Assembly (NCBI RefSeq): GCF_006345805.1
Contig: NW_021834460.1
Coordinates: forward strand, 1 to 47,114
Length of the DNA stretch: 47,114 nucleotides
Origin: Octopus sinensis
Lineage: Eukaryota
Direction: 5' to 3'
A model generated the notes under the pieces. The model ran no database searches, was not told where the DNA came from, and saw only the letters and a list, made by a program, of their open reading frames with translations. Both the position numbers and the translations under genes were made by a program. Positions within the stretch are counted from its first letter, which is position 1, and each line of letters begins with the position of its first letter. Of this stretch, positions 11,762 to 24,744 are shown in pieces.

Positions 11762-12003
11762 CTAAATTGTGTCATTGTAAGAAAAAAATTATAACATTCT
11801 TCAGACATATTGACTCAAATATATATTTTTTAACCTTTTAAAACAAGCCTTCTGTAGTTTTTTCACTTTTTACTATTTTCTTCTCCCTCTCTCTCTCTCC
11901 TCTATATATATATAATATAATATATATATATATATATAATCTATAATATATATATATATCTACATGTATGTATATATATATATATATTTATATATGGGTT
12001 ATA

Positions 12004-12060
<57 letters not shown>

Positions 12061-12218
12061 CACACATACACATACGACAGGCTTCTTTCAGTTTCCGTCT
12101 ACCAAATCCACTCGCAAATCTTTGGTTGGCTCGAGGCTATAGTAGAAGACACTGCCCAAGATGCCATGCCACACACACATAGACACACACACACACACAC
12201 CACACACACACACACACT

Positions 12219-12280
<62 letters not shown>

Positions 12281-12289
12281 TAGATAGAT

Positions 12290-12342
<53 letters not shown>

Positions 12343-12851
12343 GTGTGTAGCGGGTGTGTTGGTGGTGGTGGTAGTGGCGGTGGTGTTGTTGTTGGTGGTG
12401 TTCCTGGTAGTGGTGGTGTTTCTGTTGTGGTTTAACCCCAGGTTAGCCTTGATTGAGCACGCCTGTGATCACAAGCCACAGACACTGAATTAACAAAGTC
12501 TATCATATTTACAATTTGAATTGCGTTGTGTGTATGCGTGTATCTATGTATATGTGTGCATCTGTGTGTATGTCTGTATGCCTATGTGACTGATTGCGCG
12601 CTCCATGAACGAAAAATTTGGATTAGCAAATTCGCTAGAGTTGTTTCCCTTAGAACGAGATTGTAGATTTCCAATCCTTTCGTGAAACAGTAAGTTAAGC
12701 GCAGCCCGTGGGACTTTCTGAATGGCATGCTTAACGCGCACCCCCATTCAAAGATTGCCATAAAGATCTGGGTTATCTCCCCACTAAAAATTGAGTTTAT
12801 GTGGCGACAAGACATTGGATTAAAACAGATCATTTTGATTAAATTCTTCAA

Positions 12852-13015
12852 CGACAGACTTCTTTCAGTTTCCGTCTACCAAATCCACTCACAAGGCTTT
12901 GTTCGGCCCGAATCTATAGCAGGAAACACTTGCCCAAGGTGCCACGCAGTGAGACTGAACCCGGAACCATGTGGTTTATAAACAAGCTACTTACCTCACA
13001 GCCACGCCTGCACCT
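12852..13015 (-). mobile_element. SINE family A, 5' half
   Basis: Reverse complement of the family A head. Confidence 0.75.
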
Positions 13016-13035
13016 ATACACACACACACACACAT

Positions 13036-13075
<40 letters not shown>

Positions 13076-13076
13076 G

Positions 13077-13690
13077 TCTATTATTTTAAATTCATCCCAC
13101 AGGGGGAGGTGGTCTCCATTTTTCCATACTATCCACTCCAATTATGAAGAAAACAGAGTTTGAAACCAATAAACTGTCCACAGTCTGTCTACCCTATGTG
13201 AAAGGCCTCTCCGAAAAGACATACGAGATATGCGGCCCATATGACATTGGGACAGTATTCATGAGTAATACAACACTTTGCGAATATCTCCTTCGAGTAA
13301 AACCACCAATACAAGAGAATATGACTCAAAACTGCGTGTACTCCATCCCATGCAGCTGTGGTAGGTTATACACAGGCGAAACATGCCGCCCCTTCAAAAT
13401 AAGGGGAGACGAACATCACAAAGCTGTGACTCGAGGAGATATTGATAAATCGGGTATAGCTGATCATGTATGGAAAAATGGAGAGCACTTCACCCCGTGG
13501 GATGAAGTTAAAATAATAGATAGAAAACGCAACTCGAATATATGAAAACTAAAAGAAGCAGCACATATGCTAGGACACAACAACCTCCTAAGCAGACCGA
13601 GTGCAGATATGAGCAGCATACGGGAACCGGTATTAAGGAAGGATAGGAAAATTTTAGATTTATAAGCCCAAAATTTCAATTCATAATTGC
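13077..13690 (+). mobile_element. Penelope-like element fragment with GIY-YIG endonuclease and a short inverted copy at its 5' side
   Basis: ORF 13144-13545: TVCLPYVKGLSEK..CVYSIPCSCGRLYTGETCRPFKIRGDEH..SGIADHVW; frame-shifted continuation KLKEAAHM; 13077-13129 is the reverse complement of 13468-13520. Confidence 0.85.
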
Positions 13691-13693
13691 TCA

Positions 13694-13762
13694 CGGGCAT
13701 CTAGCATAGTGTTTAAGAGCGCGGGCTACTAAGCCCAAGATTCCGAGTTCGATTCCAAGCAA
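13694..13762 (+). mobile_element. Isolated tRNA-like SINE head
   Basis: A-box-like TAGCATAGTGTTT and B box GAGTTCGATTCC, followed by (CAA)n; no convincing acceptor stem. Confidence 0.5.
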
Positions 13763-14448
13763 CAACAACAAGGTGCTACGCAGTGGGACTGAACCCGGAG
13801 CCATGTGGTTGAGAAGCAAGTTTCTTACCTCACATACAAACATACATAAATGCATACATTCTTACCACACACACATACATAAATACAAACAGACACACAT
13901 AAGTTCGTATGTATGTATATATGTATATGGAACTTACAACTTAAACCAGTCTCCAAGTTAAAACACAGCCGGCCATAAATTGCTGTATGGGACCATATAC
14001 AAAAGATATGTTCTGTTGTGGGAATCAGCTGCCCTCAGGACACAAATGTGGTTAGAAAAATATAAGAGAAAGAGGACATCTATGGACCCTTGACAAGGAG
14101 TTACCAAATCCAGTATCCAAGATACACTTTCGGTTTCATACCCATTATTGTGTGTGTCGTAAGTAGCTTGTATACCAGCGACATGGTTCCAGGTTCAGTC
14201 CCACGGCGTACCACCTTGGGCAAGTGATTTCTACTATAGTCTTCGGCCGACCAAAGCCTTCTCATTTGGTAGACGGAAACTGTCGTGTATATATGTGTGT
14301 GTGGCAAGTAGCTGCTTGCTTCTCAACCACATTGTTCTGGGTTCACTTCCATTGTGTGGTACCTTGGTCAAGTGATTTCTACTATAGCCTCGAGTCGACC
14401 AAAGTCTTTTGAGTGGATTTAGTAAACAGAAACTGAGAAGAAGCCCGT

Positions 14449-14489
<41 letters not shown>

Positions 14490-14999
14490 AGAGAGAGAGT
14501 GAGAGATAGATAGGCGCCTGTAAGTGCGTGTGTCTGTGTGTGCGTCTGTATTTGTGTGTGATTGTATGTGCGTGTGTGTATCTGAATGTGTTATGTAGTA
14601 TATCAAAATTAGAATAGAGTACAGTCCAGTATACGGACCCTAGTGTTTCATTTTATTGATCCCGGAACAATGAAATTCAAAATTGTCTAAACTCAGATCG
14701 AAAGGTATGAATTAAAATCAGACTTCAGAATGTAATTATAATCCAGAACTCAGAATGCGTAGCTAATTTCATGTAACAAGGGAAACAACTCTGCTGTATC
14801 TAGGAAGAGTTGTGTTACTTGAATTTCTTTTGGTATATTTTTCAAAGTGCTAAAGAACTTTTGTACTCGTAAAATGAACGGGAGAAAAAAGGAGTTTTTG
14901 AATAATAACGACAATTACTTTTTCGATTAAAGAGAAAGGAACAAGAGAAAATAAACAGAGAGGGAATGAAAAAACTTGTACATTTGAGCGGTCCAACAT

Positions 15000-15050
15000 G
15001 GCGACCAAGGCCTTGTGCGCGGATTTGTTTGAAACTGAAAGAAGCCTGTC

Positions 15051-15089
<39 letters not shown>

Positions 15090-15306
15090 CAGTATATGTA
15101 TATATTTGTGCGTCTATGTTTGTTCTCAAACCATCGCTTGACAACCGATGCTGGTGTGTTTATGTCCCCGTAAATTAGCGGTTCGCCAAAACAGACCGAT
15201 ACAAAAACTACTAGGCTTACAAAGAATAAGTCTGGGGTCGATTTGTTCGACTAAAGGCGGTGCTCAGGCATGGCCGCAGTCAAATGACTGAAAGAAATAA
15301 AAGAAT
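15000..15306 (+). mobile_element. SINE family A, 5'-truncated
   Basis: Family A body and tail. Confidence 0.75.
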
Positions 15307-15603
15307 AGTGTGACTTTATTATTTTCATTATTTTATTATTTACAAGTTTTACAATTTCATAATATTATATTAATAGAATATTATATCTTTATTACGATTG
15401 AAATAATACTTTCATGCGTTACGCAATCATGTAGTTTATGTAGTAGACGTATTTATCACAAATGTTCGACGAACGAAACTCTGGGTAACAGTTTGTGAAA
15501 ATTCTTCTGCTTTAATAAAAGTATATATATTCGCCATCTTGCTCAAATGTACAAGTTTTTTTTTTTTTTTTTTCAGGTACTCTTTGTTTATTTCCTCTTA
15601 TTC

Positions 15604-15639
15604 CTTTCTGTTGAAGAGCGTAGGCTCGAAACGTAAAAG
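15604..15639 (+). ncRNA. Degenerate hammerhead-like motif (A6 changed to U) in a Penelope-like 3' repeat
   Basis: CTTT | CTGTTGA | A GAGC GTAG GCTC | GAAA | CG TA | AAAG. Confidence 0.4.
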
Positions 15640-15803
15640 ACTTTTTCATTTTCCATGAGCGTCAAGCTAATACGCTTGCTAGTTGTTCATACACCTGTCT
15701 TCGTCTTTTTTTTTTCTATAATTTGAACTAAATATATATATATAGAATATATATATATATTATATATATATTATATATATATATAATATATATATATGTA
15801 TGT

Positions 15804-15834
<31 letters not shown>

Positions 15835-15865
15835 CTTACTTACTTACTTACTTATACATACTATT

Positions 15866-16186
15866 ATTTCATACTTTTACTTGTTTCAGTCATTTGACTG
15901 CGGCTATGCTGGAGCACCACCTTGTAGGGTTTTAGTCGAACAACTCGACCCAGGCCTTATTTTTCAAAGCCTAGTACTTATTCTATCGGCCTCTTTTTGC
16001 CGATCCACTAAATGATGGGGATATAAACACACCAACACATACACAAAGACATACATACTCACAAGGCTTTGATCGGCGCGAAGCTTTAGTAGCAGACATT
16101 TTTCCCAAGGTGCCACGCAGTGGGATTGAACCCACAATCGTGTGGTTGGGAAGCAAGTTTCTTTACAACACAGTTACGCCTGCGAT
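15866..16186 (-). mobile_element. SINE family A with internal deletion
   Basis: Reverse-complement tail and head of family A. Confidence 0.75.
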
Positions 16187-16429
16187 ATATATATTCATGT
16201 CTGAAGTTTTATTTATCCTGTTTTGTACTAACTGACTACTTGTTTCTCTCTGATTGGTCAAATTGACGGAGACGCCCCTTACGAAAATCCAATGAGATTC
16301 AAAGATCGATTACGTTTGTACATCACTTTTTTTCTTTTCTGTCTCCGGAGAAACAGCCAAATTAGCCCTGTTTATGAAGGCGCTATATAGGTTACCTATA
16401 TCATACCTTGATAGTCCTTTTTACTATAG

Positions 16430-16802
16430 GCGCATGGCCTGAAATATTAGCCGCGGGAGTTCAGTCGATTTGATCGTACGTCACTGGTACTTTATTGATC
16501 CCGAAAGGGTGAAAAGCAAAGTCGACCTCGGCGGAATTTGAACTCAGAACGTAGCGGCAGACGAAATACCTATTTCTTTACTACCCACAAGGGACTATAC
16601 ACTGAGGGGACAAACAAGGAGAGACAAACGGATTATGTCGATTACATCGACCCCAGTGCGTAACTGGTACTTAATTTATCGAATCCGAAAAGATGAAAGG
16701 CAAAGTCGACCTCGGCGGAATTTGAACTCAGAACGTAATGGTAGACGAAATACGGCTACACATTTCGCCCGGTGTGCTAACGATTCTGCCAGTTCGCCGC
16801 CT
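16430..16802 (-). mobile_element. SINE family B with tandem partial duplication
   Basis: GTCGACCTCGGCGGAATTTGAACTCAGAACGTA occurs twice (~16521 and ~16705). Confidence 0.8.
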
Positions 16803-17436
16803 TCATCATACCTTGATAGTGAGATCTCCGTTGACAGGCCTCTGATATTAAATAACATCTTAACACTTATTAAATGCAAGTTATTAGTTCTAATCTTCTA
16901 TAGCTACAGTAATTCTTGAGTACATTGAACAAACTGGCAGCTTTTTTTCCCTCTGAGTTTGACCAAATTTATGTAGACGCTTCTAAGGAGAATCCAGTAA
17001 GATTGAAAATTGATTTAAGTTGTGCTTCAATTTTTTTTTCTCCCTGTCTACGAGGAAATAGCTGAGAATTGATAAATTTTCTCGTTTTACTAAAATATTA
17101 TACATTATTATAGTCTAGTATTATAGACGCAAAAACAATTTACTACTTTGACATTGAAATATTAAATAGCAGCATCTTTCTCCAATCGACTATCATTTCA
17201 GTTTATGTATTTATCTATTTAATTGCTTATTTGTTCCCTAGCCAGTTTACCTGTATATTTTTATTCAGGTGTCATAAAGTCTTTTGGTTTCTAGGAAGTT
17301 AACTGCATCGAACCTGGTTCTATGTTGCAGAAATCCAGTTTAGATTTGCTTCGATAAGTCTATAGTCGAAGACATTCCAGCCGTGGCCATACCGTATTTC
17401 ATTCATTTTATTTTATTGTTAGATAATGTATGTAGA

Positions 17437-17554
17437 GCTTGTTTACGAACCACATGGTTCCGGGTTCAGTCCCACTGCGTGGCACCTTGGCAAGTGTCTT
17501 CTACTATAGCATCGTGAGTGGATTTGGTAGACGAAAACTGAAAGAGGCTCGCAG

Positions 17555-17633
<79 letters not shown>

Positions 17634-17866
17634 CATATATATAAATGTGTGTGTATATGTGTGTGTGTGTTTGTCTGTGTTTGTTTCCCCAACATCGCTT
17701 GACAACCAATGCTGGTGTGTTTACGTCCCTGTAACTTAGCGGTTTGGCAAAAGAGACCGATAGAATAAGTACTAGGCTTACAAGGAATAAGTCCTGGGGT
17801 CGATTTGTTCGACTAAAGGTGGTGCTCCAGCATGGCCACAGTCAAATGACTGAAACAAGTAAAAGA
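17437..17866 (+). mobile_element. SINE family A, near full length
   Basis: Head, expanded internal (TA)n, tail. Confidence 0.85.
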
Positions 17867-18704
17867 GCTTAAAATCCTTTCTACACAAGGCATAAGGCCT
17901 GGAATTTGGCGGGGAGGGAGTTTATCGATTACGACCACGAAAATGGCAAAATGCAAGGTCTACCTCGGGGATTTACTGCCATGTATTTTGTCCGAAGATT
18001 GAGCGAGTCTACCATTCTACCACCATCAGTTTTCATAGCATTTATAAGGCCAAATGTTTTAGGGATCAATATTAGGGGTTTAAACTGACCTTGTTATTTC
18101 GTTAATAATCCGTCAAATTGACCTTGGTGGGACTTCAATTCATCTCTTTTTTACATCTTGAATTCAGAACGTAAAGACGGACGAAATGTCGATAAGCATT
18201 TTGTCCGGCATTCTAACGATTCCACCAGCTTGCCAGCTTTGTAGGACTTATAATAAGTTAGTGTTTGTATGATGAAAAACATTTGTCAGCGATATGTGTA
18301 TATTATCACTAAATGATATTGACATCTCTTAAATTGCTTATGTATGCATGATCTTATTCAATTACATGAAGGTACTTAGCGAAATTATCTCTGAGCTGTA
18401 CATAAATTACACAGTTTAAAATTCGTGACGTATCGCTTAACTGCAGGTAAGATTTTAAAGAATAAAAGATTATGTATATGGGAGTCCAGTACATATATAC
18501 ATTGGTAGGTAAGGTATTCAATTTGAAAGTGTAATAGTTTCCGTATATGGAAGACCTGTAAGGGTTCATGCTATTGCGGTTTCTAAAAGAATGTATATGA
18601 GAACCATATCTGAATTTAAAAGGATATGCCTTTAAAATATTGTCAGTAGATTTCACTGTGCATTGAGAGAGTATATTTTTAGTATTCTTTTATTGTTTTC
18701 TTTT

Positions 18705-19095
18705 ATGAGTTTCAGTCATTCGACTGCTGCCATGCTGGAGCACCCCCTTTAGTTGAACTAATCAACGCCAGGACTTATTCTTTGTTAGCTTAGTACTTAT
18801 TCTACCGGTCACTTTTGCCGAACCGCTATGTTACAGGGACGTAAACACGCCAACATCGGTTGTCAAGCGATGGCTTGGGGGGGGGGGGCAAACACAGACA
18901 TACAAACGTACACATACACACACACATATATACGGCGGGCTTCTTTTAGTTTCCGTCTACCAAATCCACTCCCAAGGCTTTGGTCGGCCCGAGGCTATAA
19001 TAGAAGACAATTGCCCAAAGTGCCACGCAGTGGGACCGAACCCGGAACCGTGTGGTTGGGAAGCAAGCTTCTTACCACACAGCCACTCCTGCGCC
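18705..19095 (-). mobile_element. SINE family A, full length
   Basis: Reverse complement of the family A consensus. Confidence 0.85.
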
Positions 19096-19456
19096 TATAT
19101 GCATAATACATTGATATAGTTAATGGGTTGATTAGTTACACTATTATTTAGTTTATGGAGGCAATGTTATATTCATATTATTTGCTGCCTTAAGCTTATA
19201 TTCACATCATGAGAACAACATGTAGTTCGCGCTGGTAAGAATAAAGCCCCTAAAATGGATGGAGAAATTTTGAAGGATTATTTTGTATAATGGTCATAAT
19301 GTCCGTCATGCTTACGGCAGACCTGTGTCTCAGTTCCAAGGCAGCCTTCATTTTTTTTCCTTCCATCCAAGGAGGTTTTTTTTAACCCTTTATTCTATAC
19401 GCAATTATGTAAAGCTTTTTCTACTCGGCATTACATCATTTTATTCCATCCAATAT

Positions 19457-19705
19457 GGAGGCGCGTGGCTTAGTGGTTAGGATGTCAACACCATGATTGT
19501 AAGATTGTGGTTTCGATTCCTGGACCGGGCGACACGTTGTGTTCTTGAGCAAAACAGTTCATTTCACGTTGCTCCAGTCCACTCAGCTGGCAAAAATGAG
19601 TTACGCTGCGACGGACTGGCGTCCCGTCCAGATGGGGAACACATACGCTATAGAAACCGGGAAACCGGGCCCATGAGCCTGGCTAGGCTTTAAAAAGGGC
19701 GCATT
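19457..19705 (+). mobile_element. tRNA-headed SINE family D
   Basis: GGAGGCGCGTGGCTTAGTGGTTAG head, GTGTTCTTGAGCAAAACA..TTGCTCCAGTCCACTCAGCTG central block shared with copies at 36578, 42730, 46435. Confidence 0.8.
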
Positions 19706-19979
19706 TAATTTTTATTCCATCCAATATATTTCATATAATACATAGTAATGTTACTATCTTATTATCTTCAACTAAAAACATGAACAGGACTGGATTACCC
19801 ATATTCAGCTCACTGCGTGTCGATGGCCTCAGAATGTTCCCTCCACTAACCACAGTCTGATGTGCAAACCGTGATTTTTTAGTTCAAGATCATACTGGTT
19901 GATGAGTCTAATCTTCCACAGAGGGCTCGTCATGACTCGGCAAAGGGGCACAGTTTTTATATTTTTATACAGGAGTAAT

Positions 19980-20330
19980 TAAGTCGACTACGTCGACCCC
20001 AGTGCTCAACTGGTACTTATTTTATGAAGGCGGCGAGCTGGCAGAATCGTTAGCACGCCGGGCGAGATGCTTAACAATATTTCGTCAAATTCCGCTGAGG
20101 TCGACTTTGCCTTTCATCCTTTCGGGGTCGATTAAATAAGTACCAGTTACGTACTGGCGTCGATATAATCGACTTAATCCGTTTGTCTGTCCTTGTTTGT
20201 CTTCTCTGTGTTTAGCCCCTTGTGGGTAGTAAAGAAATAGGTACTTATTTTATCGAAAGGTAAAGAACGTAACCTCGGACGTAATAGCGTTAAGCATCTC
20301 ACCCGACGATTCTGCCAGCTCGATACCTCC
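19980..20330 (+). mobile_element. SINE family B (composite)
   Basis: GGCGGCGAGCTGGCAGAATCGTTAGCACGCCGGGCG head and family B body. Confidence 0.75.
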
Positions 20331-20997
20331 TTAAAAACATATACTTTTCTCTTGAATGATAAAAATGTTTACCATGATGGTAATTTTCATGTCTTTATAA
20401 AGAAGTACTGATGCTATTACAGTTCATTCACGCGTACACAATCACGCTAAGAATTTACTAGGATTTATTTCCTATCAACAAGTAATTTATTTATCCGTCT
20501 ATTTATTTTCTTGTTTGTCCGTCGGTTAGCATGTCTGTTTTTCTAACGTAAATTTGTTGCCGTTTTATGCGGGGTTTCTCGAATTCTTAGTTTAATATGA
20601 TATAATTGTATCTAATCTTATTCCTTGCTGATACATATCACTTCTTTTTGCTATCTTTGATTGCGGGAGATGATTATTCACTGATGAATATCTGTTACGA
20701 TCGGTGAGATAAAAATGGCGGTTCTGTTAACGGAGTACTTTTAGAGATATACTTCAGAACGCAGCGCAGTGAGCACATTATGTTGAATCTTTTAATATTA
20801 ACAATAGATTTATATGGTAAGGTTCTGTAGCTAGAATAAAAGAGACAAGCACACACGCGCACACACACACACACACACACATGCAAATACACTTGTACAC
20901 ATTCATACATATCAGACAATCTGGTATGCTTTTGTGCAACTGGTGTAAATATGTGTATATTCATATGTACATATGTATGAATATGTGTGTTGCATAC

Positions 20998-21044
<47 letters not shown>

Positions 21045-21139
21045 CATATATGTATATGTATATGTGTGTGTGTGTTTATTTATGTATGTATGGTGTGTGT
21101 ATGTGTGTATATGTATGTATGTGCGTGTATTTATATATG

Positions 21140-22400
21140 TATAGTGTATGCATGTGTGCATATGTGTGTGTGTGTACACACACACATCTGCATGTGTATA
21201 TATATACATACATATATATATATATATATGCTCATATAAAAAATCATGTATGTATATATAAAAATATGTATATGTACATGCATGTGTTTTTATGTGAACA
21301 TACACACACACACACGTATACACATCTGCATGTATATATATGTGTGTGTATATATATATATATTATATATATGTTCATACAAAAAATCATTTATGTATAT
21401 ACAAAAATATGTATGCATATACATATACATACATATTTTTGTATATACATACATGATTTTTTATATGAGCATATATATATATATATATATATACATGCAG
21501 ATGTGTATGCGTGTGTGTGCATATTCTATACACACATATATACGCATGTATGTATGTGCGTATATGTGTTTATGTATGTGTGTGTGTGTATATTCACGTA
21601 AAAACACACATACATGCATATACAAATACATGCATATTTTTATATATACATGCAGATGTGTATGTGCATATCCTATACACACATATATACGCATGTATGT
21701 ATGAGTGTATATGTGTGTATGTATGTGTCTATATGTGTGTATGTGTGTGTGTTTGTATGTTCACATAAAACACACTTACATGTATATATATACATACATA
21801 TTTTTATATATGCATGATTTTTTTATATGAGTATATATATACATATATATATACATGCAGGTGTGTGTGTGCATCTCCTATACACATATATACGCATATA
21901 TGTTTGTGTGTATATGTGTGTATGTATGTGTGTATATGTGTGTGTGTATGTTCCCATAAAACACTCATACATGCATATCTATATATATATATCCATACAT
22001 ATTTTTATATATACATGATTTTTTTATATGAGCATATATATAATATATATATATATACATGCAGATGTCTGTGTGTGTATGCATATCCTATACACACATA
22101 TATACGCATATATGTATGTGTGTATATGTGTGTATGTATGTGTGTATATGTGTATATGTGTGTGTGTATGTTCACATAAAAACACACATACATGCATATA
22201 TATATACATACATATTTTTATACATACATGATTTTTTTCTATGAGCATATATATATATATATATATACATGCAGATGTGTGTGTTCGTATCCTATACACA
22301 CACACATATATATATATATACATGCAGATGTGTGTGTTCGTATCCTATACACACATATATACGCATGTATACACACATACATATGCACACACATGCATCC
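21140..22400. repeat. Higher-order tandem repeat (~150-200 bp units) built from TA/TG/CA microsatellite, with an internal inversion
   Basis: Marker motifs CATGCAGATGTG, CATGATTTTTTTATATGAGC and GTTCACATAAAA recur from ~21450; their reverse complements recur at 21180-21400. Confidence 0.8.
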
Positions 22401-23154
22401 TTACACATAAATGCACACATACACACATTTATACATACAGGCATAAGTATATTTGCACAAACATAGTACATCTTTTCTTTCAAACATTTCCACTATGTTA
22501 TATAGAAAACACGACTATGTTCTTGTTTAATCTTTCTTATTATCTCCTCCCCTCTCTCTCTCTCTCTCTCTCTTATTTCTGTATGAATCCTTTATGTTAG
22601 TTTAGAAGAGAAACTTGCTTAATTCCATTATCGTTTCGAGACGTTCTCAGTTTTATCTTTAAGAATTGGTGATAGAGGCGCTTTTATTGTTGTGTTTTTG
22701 TAGAAGCGTTCATTCTAATGATGCTGCAACAGATAAAATAATCAACAGATTTAAAATTTCTTTAACTGGTAACTCCACAATAGTTTTATAGTTTATTATT
22801 TTATGCTGTTGGTTATTATTTCTTTTATTCTTCTTTTAGCTTGCGTTTTACTATTCAGAAACTTTCTTTGGCTAATCTTTGTGTTCTTGCGTGTGTGAAA
22901 TTCTTAATAGAATAACTTATATAAGAAATTCCGTATCTGAGCAGCCAATTATTTTTTTTGGATTTAGGGGTAATCACGAAGAAAAATTAAGGGAGAGAAA
23001 GAAAGGAAAAAAAACCATTAACGAAGTTAATGTATTACGCTGTAATGAAAAGGCATAAATATCGATGTTTCGAACAATTTGTTTTTTGTCAAATTTCGTA
23101 GGAAGAAGACAAATTAAAAAAAAAGATAATTGGAAAGAAAGGTATACTCTTTTT

Positions 23155-23554
23155 ACTCTTTTACTCTTTTACTCTTGTTTTCAGTCATTTGACTGCGGCC
23201 ATGCTGGAGCACCGCCTTTAATCGAGCAACTCGACCCCGGGACTTATTCTTTTGTAAGCCCAGTACTTATTCTATCGGTCTCTTTTGCCAAACCGCTAAA
23301 TGACGGGGATGTAAACACACCAGCTTCGGTTGTTAAGCAATGCTAGGGGGACAAACACAGACACAAACGCACACATATATATATATATATATATATACGA
23401 CAGGCTTCTTTCAGTTTCCGTCTACCAAATCCACTCACAAGGCAGTGGTCGGCCCGGGGCTATAGCAGAAGACACTTGCCCAAAATGCCACGCAGTGGAA
23501 CTGAACCCGGAACCATGTGGTTGGTTAGCAAGCTACTTACCACACAGCCACTCA
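23155..23554 (-). mobile_element. SINE family A, full length
   Basis: Reverse complement of the consensus; 3' half nearly identical to the copy at 30305. Confidence 0.85.
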
Positions 23555-23576
23555 CCAAACCAGGATATTAAACAAT

Positions 23577-23696
23577 TTTTACGGCCATATCACGTTGAAA
23601 GCATCGGTTCTCATCTGATAACCGGAGTTAAGCAACAGCGAGTCTAGTGAGTACTTCGATGGGTGACTGCTTGGGAAACCTAGGTGTTGTAAACGT
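23577..23696 (+). rRNA. 5S: Dispersed 5S rRNA-like sequence (divergent copy or pseudogene)
   Basis: TACGGCCATATCACGTTGAAAGCATCGGTTCTCATCTGAT..AGTTAAGCAAC..AGTACTTCGATGGGTGACTGCTTGGGAA..GGTGTTGTAAAC aligns end to end with the metazoan 5S sequence as recalled; ~120 nt; TTTT at 23704-23707. Confidence 0.85.
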
Positions 23697-23708
23697 CTCA
23701 CACTTTTA

Positions 23709-24138
23709 GGTGCAGAAGTTGTTGTGTGGTAAGTAGCTTGCTTACGAACCATATGGTTCCGAGTTCAGTCCCACTGCGAGGCACCTTGGGCAAGTGTCTT
23801 CTACTACTATAGCCTCGGGCAGACCAAAGCCTCGTGAGTGGATATGGTAGACGGAAACTGAAAGAAGCCCATCGTATTTATGTATGTATATGTATATATG
23901 TGTGTGTGTGTGTATGTGTGTGTATGCGTGTGTGTGTGTGTATGTTTGTGTGTCTGTGTTTGTCCCTCTACCATCGCCTGACAACCGATCTTGGTGTATT
24001 TACCCGTAACTTAGCGGTTCGGCAAAGAGAGCGATAGGCTTACAAACAATAGGTCCTGGGGTCGATTTGCTCGACTAAAGGCGGTGCTCCAGCATGGCCG
24101 CAGTCAAATGACTGAAACAAGTAAAAGAATAAAAGAAT
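23709..24138 (+). mobile_element. SINE family A, full length
   Basis: Head, internal microsatellite and AAAAGAAT tail. Confidence 0.85.
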
Positions 24139-24744
24139 AATTACAGAATGGAACTGAGTAGAGAATTATGGGGTTTTTTTTTACCTCTTGAACCGTTGCT
24201 CCATCTGCAGCCGAAGTTACACACTCCTTGTATCAATTTTATCATATTGTGCAAGAGCAGCTCATCTCCGTCATTTCTATCCTTCCAGGGCATTTCAGAA
24301 TTCACAGATAGCATCTCATTTTCAATAAGACACCATTTACAAACCTTCTGTCTCGTACTTTAATTACTCGTACTTTAATTTTTCTACAGTCCTCCCCATC
24401 CACACAAAATTAGGTTTTCCTACTCACAACTCTTCCACCTTCTTTTTAAGCCTAAACTCTAAAGTTGAGTCTAATCACACCTAATCAGTTCTGGGGTCGG
24501 TTTGCTCGAGTAAAGGGGGTGCTCCAGCATGGCCACAGTCAAATGACTGAAACAAGTAAAACTGCTAGGAGGAGAATAAAGACTCCAACACTGGTTGTGA
24601 AACCGGAAGGGGTGGGGAGTAAACACAGACACAAAGACACCTACCCTGATTGTTTTGCAGGATAGGTGGGATAAGCCAGAGCTGGTTGGTTTGAGCATAA
24701 AACAGGAAAAGTATTTCAGCTGGAAATGGCTGGTTTAAATACCT

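Larger units (their letters stand above)
11535..11881. repeat. Near-perfect ~345-bp palindrome (Penelope-like inverted pLTR)
   Basis: ~169-bp arms 11535-11703 and 11712-11881 with an 8-nt loop; only three small indels seen. Confidence 0.95.

Noticed and set aside
16245-16392. Opposed CCAAT boxes and CTATATAG as a possible promoter
   Set aside because: No associated gene or exon; motifs are short and lie between repeats.
22630-22660. Minus-strand CTGAGAA...GAAACGAT
   Set aside because: C3/A8 mismatch and no stem I.
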